This document shows, piece after piece, positions 22,260 through 31,742 of a stretch of 64,000 bases of DNA. Source of the stretch: an uncultured Chloroflexia bacterium. Lineage in GTDB: Bacteria > Chloroflexota > Anaerolineae > JAAYZQ01. Position 1 is the stretch's first letter. The number at the start of each line of letters is the position of its first letter. Made by a program: the position numbers and the translations under genes. Where the stretch lies: positions 1,408,001-1,472,000 of the forward strand of contig CAVOXA010000001.1 in NCBI GenBank assembly GCA_963700285.1, written 5' to 3'. The notes under the pieces were generated by a model, which was not told where the DNA came from, did not search any database, and saw nothing but the letters and a program-made list of their open reading frames with translations.

Positions 22260-23021
22260 CTATGCTATTTGGTCCAAGGGTACCGCTATGTCATCAATGG
22301 ACTGGATGACGATGTCGGCGCCAGCAGCCAACAGATCTGGATCGCCTGGTCCGGTCCGGACCGCGATCCGCAGACCCGCACCAGCTCGCTGGGCCATCAA
22401 CAGGTCGGCCTGGGTATCACCCACGACGGCGGTACGGCTGGGGTCGATCTGCAGTCGATCGCAGGCGGCTATCAACATGTCCGGCGCCGGTTTGGATGGC
22501 AATCCATCGTCGCCGCAGACAAGGAGATCGACCAGGTTCTCGATTCCCAGGATGCGTACCGTCTCTTCTGTTTCGGCGCGATGGTCGGTAGTAACCACGG
22601 CAAGGCGAACGCCCGCGTGTTGCAGGCGCGTGAACAACCCGGCCACATCGCCGGTTGGACGGACCAGATCGGGGAGCGCCAGTTCGTCGCCAACCTGGCC
22701 AAAGGCAGCCTGGATCCGGTCTTCGGCCTCTGGCCAGGGGATGCCGTGGCGATAGAGTGTGCCCGCGGCGATGGCCCGCAGTTGTCCGGTGGTGGCAATG
22801 GACAGTGGGCTCTGTGGCAGGGTGTGCCGCAGGGTTGAGTCGTAGCCAAGGGAGTGGTAGAGATCGTGTTCCAGGGTTTGGTCCGCATCATCGGCCAGCT
22901 TGGCTACCCAGGCCTCGGCCAGCCGGCCCCACATGCCGTCGAACTCAATCAGCGTGCCGTCTTTGTCGAAGGCGAGCATGTCGGCTTCGAATGCAGTCCG
23001 GCCAAATTCAACGCGTGCCAT
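22260..23021 (-). CDS. HAD-superfamily phosphatase
   Basis: FDKDGTL, VTTD, KPAPD, VGDTQAD; GAGGAG RBS. Confidence 0.88.
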   Translation of the reverse strand: MARVEFGRTAFEADMLAFDKDGTLIEFDGMWGRLAEAWVAKLADDADQTLEHDLYHSLGYDSTLRHTLPQSPLSIATTGQLRAIAAGTLYRHGIPWPEAEDRIQAAFGQVGDELALPDLVRPTGDVAGLFTRLQHAGVRLAVVTTDHRAETEETVRILGIENLVDLLVCGDDGLPSKPAPDMLIAACDRLQIDPSRTAVVGDTQADLLMAQRAGAGLRIAVRTGPGDPDLLAAGADIVIQSIDDIAVPLDQIA

Positions 23022-23202
23022 TTGCTCCTCGCTGGGCGTCTCCCCTGGGGAATGAATGAACCTCCCTGCAGCCCCGCTGCATTCTATCATGCCTTGGCTG
23101 TGCTGTCCAATGGCAGGTATTAGGTCAGTATTGAGTGGTGGCCAGGGGACTTGGATCGGAGAACGTCCACCAGCAGTTAAGGGGCAGCCGCGAGCACCAT
23201 GG

Positions 23203-24108
23203 TTACTCATCGTTCTCAAGAAAAATCGGATTGCTCCAGGCCCAGTGGCCGTCGAGATCCCGGCAGGCCACCCGCACATACCGCTGCTCCCAACCGAGCC
23301 AGACGCGTGCTTCGGTCAACGTCTCCCCTGGGGGAGCTGTCACACGCTGGCTGCGGTAGCCGTTACCGACAAAGTCGATCACGGTCGACGGGGAACATTG
23401 GGCCCAGACTTGGGGTCCGTCGAGCGCCACATTGTAGATCTGGGGACCACAGCTCGGGTAAAAGTGTCCATTCTCCAGCGCCTGGAGGATCGCTGCCTGT
23501 GTCAGCGCCGGCGCCTTCACCCACACCCACCCCAGGCCGGCATCCTTGGAACCGTTCCGCCAGTGCGCATCATCCACTGCAATGCCCCACAACCGGCGGC
23601 CAGCGGCCAGCAGGTCATCCCAGTGGATGGTGGAGAAGCCCTTCGCGTCGTCTACCTCGCAGCCGCCGTTATAGATCTCAAGGGCAAAGCAGCCCTCTAT
23701 GCCTACCAGGTCTTTCGACATCTGGCCGGACCAGTAGGGATGGGCAATGGCCACCAGGGCGCCTGCCGCTCGTAGCTCGTTGACCGCCTCCTGCATGGGA
23801 GCATTGTCCGTGCTTGCCCCTGTCAATGGCCCTGATGCCGACAGGCCGATCACATGGTACAGGCCTGCCACGGGATCCATGCCATCCAGCTCGATGCCGG
23901 CGAGGGTGATAAAGTCAGAGCCTATTGACTGCACCTCTGATCCAACGCGGTGGTCGGTCAGCGCTACAAAGTGGTACCCTCGGTTGCCGTACCAGGCCAG
24001 GACCTCGGCGGGTGTGCGTTCGCCGTCCGATGTGGCGCTGTGCACATGCAGGCAACCCTTGAACCACGTTCCGGGCTGGCTAAAGGGATCTGGACATTCG
24101 ATGCCCAA
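23203..24108 (-). CDS. PHP-domain metallohydrolase (CehA/McbA-like)
   Basis: KGCLHVHSATSDG, ALTDH, AHPYWS, EIYN, DDAH, AWSNPI; TTG start after GAGG. Confidence 0.85.
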   Translation of the reverse strand: MGIECPDPFSQPGTWFKGCLHVHSATSDGERTPAEVLAWYGNRGYHFVALTDHRVGSEVQSIGSDFITLAGIELDGMDPVAGLYHVIGLSASGPLTGASTDNAPMQEAVNELRAAGALVAIAHPYWSGQMSKDLVGIEGCFALEIYNGGCEVDDAKGFSTIHWDDLLAAGRRLWGIAVDDAHWRNGSKDAGLGWVWVKAPALTQAAILQALENGHFYPSCGPQIYNVALDGPQVWAQCSPSTVIDFVGNGYRSQRVTAPPGETLTEARVWLGWEQRYVRVACRDLDGHWAWSNPIFLENDE

Positions 24109-24136
24109 GGTTAACCTCGCTTGGCCACGGCTGCGG

Positions 24137-25225
24137 CTAGGGGAGCCACCCTGCGGCCTGGTAGTTGCGGGTGAGCGGACCCGGAGGCACGTTTGGCCCG
24201 CAGGCAATGATGGGTACCTGACTGGTGTGCAGCCCTCCATGCGAGCGTATCGCGACCTGCTCCCGCGCTGAAGCCAGGTGCCCAAAGACTGTTTCTTGCG
24301 TAGCCAGTACGAAAAGGTCGCCGATCCGGCCGGGATAGAGTTGAAATTCTTGTGCAGCTGCGGCGCGGGTCCAAACAGACTCAACGCCAGGTTCCTCCAC
24401 CAGAAGCGCAATCGCCTGGTCAAGTTGTGCTGGGTCTTTTGAGTAGATGTAGGCCGCGCCTCCCAGGTTCTGGTGGTGGGCCACGTAGCGGTCTTTGATG
24501 ATCGGTATGGCGTCGGCGTTGAGGCCTGCGGCGGCAAGGATCTGGCCCAGGTCAAGCCCACGTGTTTTTGCCGCCATGCCATGGTCCGCGGTGACGATCA
24601 CCGAGAACTCGGGGCCACTGTTCAGCAAGTCGGCCAAGAGCCTATCCAGGGCCGACAGGTTTTCCTGTGATTGGGCTGATTCCGGGGCATGCATATGCTG
24701 GGCATAGTCGGTTGTGGAGAGATAGAGCAGGTCCGGCGGCCGGAGGCTGCACAGCGCTTCGGCCGCCCGAAAGAGCCAGTGGTTGACCTCCACCGACAGA
24801 ATGTGCGGTGGTGGTCCAATCGCGTCGATGAGCCAGTTCGGAGGGGATTCAGCCGAAATCGTCTCTGTCGCACCCCGCTGGAGCAGAGTGCTCAGCTTGT
24901 CCTTGGCAGTGAACAACGCCGAACGCTGTCCTACCCGTGTTGCTGCCTCAAAGATCGTGGGCGCCAGGATGAAACCGGCCGCTTCCATGTAGACGCCCTG
25001 ACCTGCCGCCCCGTCATAGTAATAGTTGGCCGTGATCCCATGGAGCGAAGGCGGACCGCCGGTGATGATCGAGACGTTATTGACGTTGGTCACGGCCGGC
25101 ATGGCGCACTGGGCGACCGTTCGCCAGCCACGCTGGCCGAGTTCGTCCAGGGTGGGCACCGTAGCCTGGGCCAAATAGTCGGGGCCGACTCCATCCAGAC
25201 AGATGATCAGATGGGTGTGCATCAT
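24137..25225 (-). CDS. phosphonoacetate hydrolase-like alkaline phosphatase superfamily protein
   Basis: CLDG, PAVTNVNNVSIITG, YLSTTDYAQH, TADHGM, HHQNLGG, RSHGG, as in PhnA. Confidence 0.75.
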   Translation of the reverse strand: MMHTHLIICLDGVGPDYLAQATVPTLDELGQRGWRTVAQCAMPAVTNVNNVSIITGGPPSLHGITANYYYDGAAGQGVYMEAAGFILAPTIFEAATRVGQRSALFTAKDKLSTLLQRGATETISAESPPNWLIDAIGPPPHILSVEVNHWLFRAAEALCSLRPPDLLYLSTTDYAQHMHAPESAQSQENLSALDRLLADLLNSGPEFSVIVTADHGMAAKTRGLDLGQILAAAGLNADAIPIIKDRYVAHHQNLGGAAYIYSKDPAQLDQAIALLVEEPGVESVWTRAAAAQEFQLYPGRIGDLFVLATQETVFGHLASAREQVAIRSHGGLHTSQVPIIACGPNVPPGPLTRNYQAAGWLP

Positions 25226-25281
25226 GCCATGTCCATTTCCGCTGCGCTGCAGCAAGGCTTCGTCTCGCACGAGTTGCACCG

Positions 25282-25310
25282 ATTCTATCATATCTTGGAG
25301 ACGGGGGCAA
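25282..25310 (-). promoter_or_regulatory. sigma70-type promoter for the PhnA-like operon
   Basis: TTGCCC-17nt-TAGAAT with TG extension. Confidence 0.55.
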
Positions 25311-25379
25311 TGTAGACGCTGGCAGGGGGTGGCTGCGACCTGGTCTGGCAGAGGCAGGAAGTTCCATGATAGGAGGCTG

Positions 25380-25408
25380 TTGCACGATCAGCAGAAAGCC
25401 GCTATAAT
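25380..25408 (+). promoter_or_regulatory. sigma70-type promoter for hypD
   Basis: TTGCAC-17nt-TATAAT, followed by AGGAGG RBS. Confidence 0.65.
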
Positions 25409-25446
25409 AGGCCGAGCCCACCAGGTCTAGTCAGGAGGTTGAATCC

Positions 25447-27813
25447 ATGGTCATGAGTGACCGTGTTGCCCGTCTGCGACAGCAGAGCCTGGATGCCCTG
25501 CCCAGCATTTCGACAGAGCGGGCAGAGTTGATGACCGAATTCTACCGGCAGACGGAAGGCCTCATGTCGGTGCCCTTGCGCCGTGCCCTTGCCTTTCAGT
25601 ACCTGATGGAGCACCTCACCATCTGTATCAACCCCGATGAACTGATCGTCGGCGAGAAGGGGCCCACCCCCAAGGCGACGCCAACTTTTCCAGAGCTGTG
25701 CTGCCACACACTGGTGGACCTCGAGACTCTAGACGGCAGGGAAAAGATACCTTTTGCCGCCAGCATGGAGACGAGGCAGGTGTACGAGGGGGCGATTATC
25801 CCCTTTTGGCGTGGCAGATCGATGCGCGATCTCATCTTTCAGGAGATGGCTCCGGAGTGGTTGGCGGCGTACGAGGCGGGCGTCTTTACCGAGTTTATGG
25901 AACAGCGTTCCCCGGGCCACACCGTCCTGGATGACAAGATATACCACAAAGGCATGCTCGATTTCAAGCGTGACATTAAGCAGAGCCTGGCCAACCTAGA
26001 CTACCTTGACGATCCAGATGCTTATGCGAGACAGGAAGAACTCAGGGCCATGGACATTTGCGCCAGTGCTCTGATCCGCTTTGCAGAGCGTCACGCGGAA
26101 AAGGCTCGGGAGCTGGCCCTGGAGCAGGCAGACCCGCAGCGCAGAGAGGAATTGGCGCGTATCGCCGAGGTGTGTACCCGCGTACCGGCACAAGCGCCGC
26201 GGGACTTTTGGGAAGCGCTGCAGTACTACTGGTTCGTTCACCTGGGCGTGACCACAGAGTTGAACCCCTGGGACGCCTATTGTCCTGGCAAGCTCGATCA
26301 GCACCTCCTTCCCTTCTACGAGGCCGGCCTGGACTCGGGGGCACTGACGCGGGACCAGGCTGAGGAACTGCTCCAATGCTTCTGGATCAAGTTTAACAAC
26401 CAGCCCGCGCCGCCCAAGGTGGGCGTCACCGCCAAGGAGAGCAGCACCTACACCGACTTTGCCCAGATCAACTTGGGCGGCATCACGCCGGATGGTTCTG
26501 ACGGTGTCGACGAGGTTACTTACTTGATGCTGGATGTGATCGAGGAGATGCGGTTGCTGCAGCCCAGCTCTTCCATCCAGGTCAGCAAAAAGAACCCGGA
26601 CCGCTTTATCAAGCGTGCCGCTCGTATCATTCGCACCGGATTTGGCCAGCCCTCCGTGTTCAATGCCGATCTGATCGTCCAGGAGCTGATGCGCATGGGC
26701 AAGTCGGTGGCCGATGCGCGGCAGGGCGGCTCCAGCGGCTGCGTGGAGGTAGGGGCCTTTGGCAAGGAAAACTATAACCTGACCGGTTATTTCAACATGC
26801 CAAAGGTTCTGGAACTCACCCTGCATAACGGCAGCGATCCCCGGACAGGCATCCGCATCGGGCTGGAAACCGGGGACGCCAAGTACCTAGATACCTTTGA
26901 GGCTCTCTTTGCAGCCTACCGCCAGCAACTGGACCACTTGATCGATATCAAGGTCCGGGGCAACAATGTGATCGAGCGCCTGTACGCAACCTATATGCCG
27001 GCGCCGTTTCTGTCCTTGCTTACCGATGATTGCATCGCTACAGGCAAGGACTATCACGACGGGGGCGCCCGGTACAACACGACCTACATCCAGGGAGTAG
27101 GCCTGGGTACGATGACCGATGCCCTGTCGGCCATCAAGTACCACGTTTTTGACCAGAAGACGCTGGCGATGGAAGAGCTTTTGGCCGCCCTACAGGCGGA
27201 CTTTGAGGGCTATGAACGCGTGCAGTCTTTGCTGCTGAACAAGACGCCCCGTTATGGCAATGATGATGACTATGCAGACGATGTGATGCAGGCTGTGTTT
27301 GAGGCCTACTATGAGGCCGTGGAAGGCCGGCCGAACACCAAGGGGGGTGCCTACCACATCAATCTCCTGCCTACTACCTGCCACGTCTATTTTGGCTCTG
27401 TCATTGGCGCTACGCCGGATGGGCGTAAGGCGGATATGCCGCTCTCGGAAGGCATCTCGCCGGTACAGGGCGCCGACCGGCGCGGGCCCACGGCGGTCAT
27501 CAAGTCTGCGGCCAAGATGGACCACGCCCGGACCGGTGGCACCTTGCTGAACCAGAAATTCACGCCACAGTTGCTAGAGACTGAGGAGGACCTGGACAAG
27601 CTGGTTCAGTTGGTGCGCAGCTACTTTCGGCTAGATGGTCACCACATTCAATTCAACGTCGTGGATGCAGCCACGCTGCGGGCAGCGCAGAGAAATCCAG
27701 AGCAGCACCGCAACCTGATCGTACGCGTGGCGGGCTACAGCGACTATTTCTGCGATCTCACGCCAGCGCTTCAGGAAGAAATCATTGCCCGCACGGAGCA
27801 CCACTTGTTCTAA
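25447..27813 (+). CDS. hypD: glycyl radical enzyme, trans-4-hydroxy-L-proline dehydratase
   Basis: Gly loop RVAGYS, Cys loop SGCVE, HypD-type substrate motifs MEQRSPGH, PWD, ESSTYTDF, TGYFN, PTTCH; 788 aa. Confidence 0.88.
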   Translation: MVMSDRVARLRQQSLDALPSISTERAELMTEFYRQTEGLMSVPLRRALAFQYLMEHLTICINPDELIVGEKGPTPKATPTFPELCCHTLVDLETLDGREKIPFAASMETRQVYEGAIIPFWRGRSMRDLIFQEMAPEWLAAYEAGVFTEFMEQRSPGHTVLDDKIYHKGMLDFKRDIKQSLANLDYLDDPDAYARQEELRAMDICASALIRFAERHAEKARELALEQADPQRREELARIAEVCTRVPAQAPRDFWEALQYYWFVHLGVTTELNPWDAYCPGKLDQHLLPFYEAGLDSGALTRDQAEELLQCFWIKFNNQPAPPKVGVTAKESSTYTDFAQINLGGITPDGSDGVDEVTYLMLDVIEEMRLLQPSSSIQVSKKNPDRFIKRAARIIRTGFGQPSVFNADLIVQELMRMGKSVADARQGGSSGCVEVGAFGKENYNLTGYFNMPKVLELTLHNGSDPRTGIRIGLETGDAKYLDTFEALFAAYRQQLDHLIDIKVRGNNVIERLYATYMPAPFLSLLTDDCIATGKDYHDGGARYNTTYIQGVGLGTMTDALSAIKYHVFDQKTLAMEELLAALQADFEGYERVQSLLLNKTPRYGNDDDYADDVMQAVFEAYYEAVEGRPNTKGGAYHINLLPTTCHVYFGSVIGATPDGRKADMPLSEGISPVQGADRRGPTAVIKSAAKMDHARTGGTLLNQKFTPQLLETEEDLDKLVQLVRSYFRLDGHHIQFNVVDAATLRAAQRNPEQHRNLIVRVAGYSDYFCDLTPALQEEIIARTEHHLF

Positions 27814-27828
27814 GCCCCCAGGCCAGAC

Positions 27829-27850
27829 AGGGGCCACAGGGCCCTTTTTT
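27829..27850 (+). terminator. intrinsic terminator after hypD
   Basis: AGGGGCC-ACAG-GGCCCTT followed by a T run. Confidence 0.65.
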
Positions 27851-27933
27851 CGGGATGGTTGAGGACCCTGGTTGGCCGCAAGCTTGTACCGTCTGGGGGC
27901 TGACCTGGCAGGTCTTCGAATCGTCGGAAAACA

Positions 27934-29714
27934 ATGACAGTTAGCGAATTCGCGATTTCCCAAACCTGGCAGTCTGACCGGCGTTCTTCGGTACGTTGGC
28001 TGCTGTCGCACGCCTTCCGGAACAAACTCTTCATCCTCGGCGTGTTCTTTGGGGCCTTTAGCAATGCGGCTCTGGCGGCTGTCGTGCCGGTGCTCGTCGG
28101 GCGCGCCTTTGATGCTGTGACAGCTTCTCCACCCAACCTCACGGTAGTGGGTATGGCCGCAGCAGTCATCGCGGTGTCCCAACTGGTGCGAGGCGGGTTG
28201 CAGCTGATGCGCAATTTCTCGGCCGAGGTCATTGGCCAGCGGATGGAGCGCGACACCCGCGACGAACTGTACGCCAGTCTCATCGGCAAGAGCATGTCCT
28301 TTCACGACCTGCAGCCTACAGGCGACCTGATGGCCCGGGCAACCAACGACGTGCGCGAGATCAACCTGATGTTCAATCCGGGCGTGAACCTGGTGATCGG
28401 TTCGGCCTATTTTCTCTTCATGCCCCTCATTGTCGCGCCAACTATCGATCCCCAGCTCATCCTTGCTCCTCTGATATACCTGGCTGGCCTATGTCCTATC
28501 GCTCTGGCATTATTCTGCGGCGTCTGCGGCCGGCTGCCGAGCGGGTACGCGGCGAGTTTGGCCGGATGAATGCAACACTGGCCGAGGCCATCGAGGGCAT
28601 CGAGACGGTCAAAGGTGCCGCCCAGGAGGATCGGGAGAGCCGTCGCTTCCTCGATGCAGTCGCCTCATGGCGTGACGCTTACGTGGCGCAGGGCGACATT
28701 GAGGCCATGTTCGTCCCCCTCCTGCTGATGGGCCTGGTCCAGGCAGCAGGTTTGCTGCACAGTCTGCTTCTTTTCCGCGACGGGGCCATCGACGTGGGCG
28801 ATGTGGTGGCCTACAACGGGCTGCTGCTTCTCTTGGGCTTCCCCACCTTTGCCGCCCAGTGGGCCTATCTCACGGGTGGCGACGGGAGTGGCCAGCGCCC
28901 GTCGCATCCTGGAGCTGATCAACCATGAGACCGAGCTGGATCAGAACGTCGACTGGCTATGACGCACCCATCAAGGGCAGTGTAGCCTTTCGACGATGTC
29001 AGCTTTTGCTACCGGCCGCCAGGTGATGCGTGTCCCAGCGAGCCTGCGCTGGAAGGCATCACTTTCAGCGCCGAACCGGGCCAGACCATCGCCATCGTCG
29101 GGCAGACCGGCTCTGGCAAGAGCTCCATCGCCAAGCTGATCAACCGCATCTACGACGCCGACGACGGTGAGGTGCTGGTGGATGGGGTGGATGTGCGTGA
29201 CTGGAACCTGGAAGCCCTGCGCCGCCAGATCTCGATCATCGAGCAGGACATCTTTCTCTTTTCGCGGACGTCGCCGAGAATATCGCTTTTGGCCGCCCTG
29301 AGCGCGGCCCGAGATGAAATCGAGGCGGCGGCCCGGGCGGCCCAGGCCCACGAGTTCATCACAAGTTTCAAGGATGGCTACGACACAGTCGTCGGCGAGC
29401 GGGGCGTGACCCTGTCGGGCGGGCAGCGACAGCGGATCGCGCTGGCCCGCGCTTTTCTGACCGAGCCGCGGATCCTGATCCTGGACGACTCGACCAGCGC
29501 CATCGACAGCGCCACCGAGGACCGCATCCAGCGGGCCATCGAGCAGGCTGGCGCCAGATCGTACCATGTTTCTCATCACCCACCGCCTGTCGCAGATCCG
29601 CCGCGCCGACCTGATCGTCGTCATGCGCGAGGGTGAGGTGGCGGCGGTAGGCGCGCACGAGGAGCTGATGCGCGATTCGCAGGCCTATCGCAACATCTTT
29701 GCCGGTACGAATAA
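27934..29714 (+). CDS. ABC exporter (TMD+NBD) subunit 1, several frameshifts
   Basis: [37 protein letters not shown] spread over several frames. Confidence 0.85.
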
Positions 29715-29716
29715 CT

Positions 29717-31585
29717 ATGGGTCTGTTTTTTGGCCTTGACACCGAAGCATACGACCGACAATACAGCGACCGGGAGCTGATACGCCGCATCCTGGGGTAC
29801 TTTCGCGCCGCATCGCGCCGTCGTGTGGTCATGGTGGGGATCCTCATCGCTGCTCTCTCGCTACTGGGAGCGGCGCAGCCTATCATTGTCTCCCGAGGCT
29901 TGGATCTGCTGGTCGCCTCACCCACGCTGGCGCTGATACTGGGTCTCACGGCCGCCGTACTGATTCTCGGCGTGTTGACCTGGGCTTGGCAACTGGCTGC
30001 GACGCGGCTATCACCGTCCGCGTGATCGGCGACCTGGTGCTGGCTCTGCGCAGCGATGCATTTGATGCCTCGGTACGCCACGACATGTCCTTCTTTGACG
30101 AGTTCCAGTCGGGCCGCATCATCAGCCGTATCACCTCCGACACGGAGGAGTTCGCCCAGGTCGTGCTGCTCGTCACCGATCTGATAGGCCAGATCCTGCT
30201 GGTCGCTCATTCTACTGGTCGTGCTGTTCACAATCTCCTGGCAATTGACGCTGACTCTGCTGGCGCTGGCACCCTTTGTCCTTCTCCTGGCCATGGCCTT
30301 CCGGCGCGTTGCCCGCTTTGTCACCCGCGAGGGTTTTCGGGCCATCGCCGAGGTCAATGCCGCCATCCAGGAGGCGGTGACCGGTATCAGCGTGGCCAAG
30401 AATTTCGCCAGGAAGCGGCCATTTATGAGACCTTTTCCAGAGTCAACCGCCAGTCCTATGCCATCAACCTGCGGCGCGGATTCGTGCTGTCCAACATTTT
30501 TCCCATCCTCAATGCCCTGGCCGGCGTAGGCACGGCGGCGCTGGTCTACTGGGGCGGTTTATCGGCGACCACCGGCGCCATCTCCCTCGGGGCCTGGTAC
30601 CTGTTCATCGTCAGCGTCGACCGGTTCTGGTTTCCGATGATCAACGTTTCTGCTTTCTGGAGCCAGTTCCAGGCTGGGCTTGCCGCCTCCGAGCGGATCT
30701 TTGCTCTCATCGATGCCGAGCCGACGGTCCACCAGATTGGCGACCAGCCGGCGCACTGTACTGCAGGGAGAGATCTGTTTCGAGCAGGTCGATTTTCGCT
30801 ACACCGAACAGGAGCAGGTGCTGCGCGGACTTTTCCCTGCGCATCGCGCCCGGCGAGAGCGTGGCCCTGGTCGGGCACACCGGCGCCGGCAAGAGCAGCA
30901 TCGCCAAGCTGATCGCTCGCTTTTACGAGTTCCAGCAAGGGCAGATCGCCATCGACGGGCATGACATCCGCACCCTGGATCTGAGCAGCTATCGCCGGCA
31001 GTTGGGCATCGTCTCGCAGATGCCTTTCCTCTTTTCCGGGACGGTGGCCGACAATATCCGCTATGCCCGTCCTGACCTGAGCGACGCAGAGATCGAGGCC
31101 GTGGCGCAGGCGCATTGGCGAGGGTGAGTGGCTGGATGCACTGCCCGAGGGCCTGCAGACCGACGTCGGCGAGCGGGGCTCGCGTCTTGTCCATGGGCCA
31201 GCGGCAGCTGGTGGCCCTGATGCGGGTGCTGGTCCAGGCGCCGGCCATCTTTGTTCTCGACGAAGCCACGGCCAGCGTCGATCCCTTTACCGAGGCCCAG
31301 ATCCAGGAGGCGACCGAGCTGATCCTGGCCCGCAGCACCTCGATCCTCATCGCCCACCGCCTGTCAACGGTGCGCAAGGTAGATCGCATCATTGTCTTGG
31401 AGGACGGGCGCATCATCGAGGAAGGGGACCACGAGTCGCTGATGGCCCAGGGTGGGCACTATGCCGAGCTGTATGATACCTACTTCCGCCACCAGTCGCC
31501 CGACTACCGGCCCCCACCAGTGGAGCCTATCGAGGCGATCGTGCCGGTGTCACCTGGCGCTGCGCCTGTGTCGGCAGGCGTTTGA
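29717..31585 (+). CDS. ABC exporter (TMD+NBD) subunit 2, several frameshifts
   Basis: [54 protein letters not shown]. Confidence 0.85.
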
Positions 31586-31742
31586 ACACAGTCGTGTCTG
31601 GCACTGGACTCCTATGGTTCCCTGTTGCTACAACATCAGGTTGTGCTTGTGGCGGCGCGCACCCGCTCGCAAGCCACAAGCGGCGAACCAGAAGTACCTT
31701 CCATGCTGAAGGCGGGAAGAAGAAACAGGTGTTCTGGGCCAC

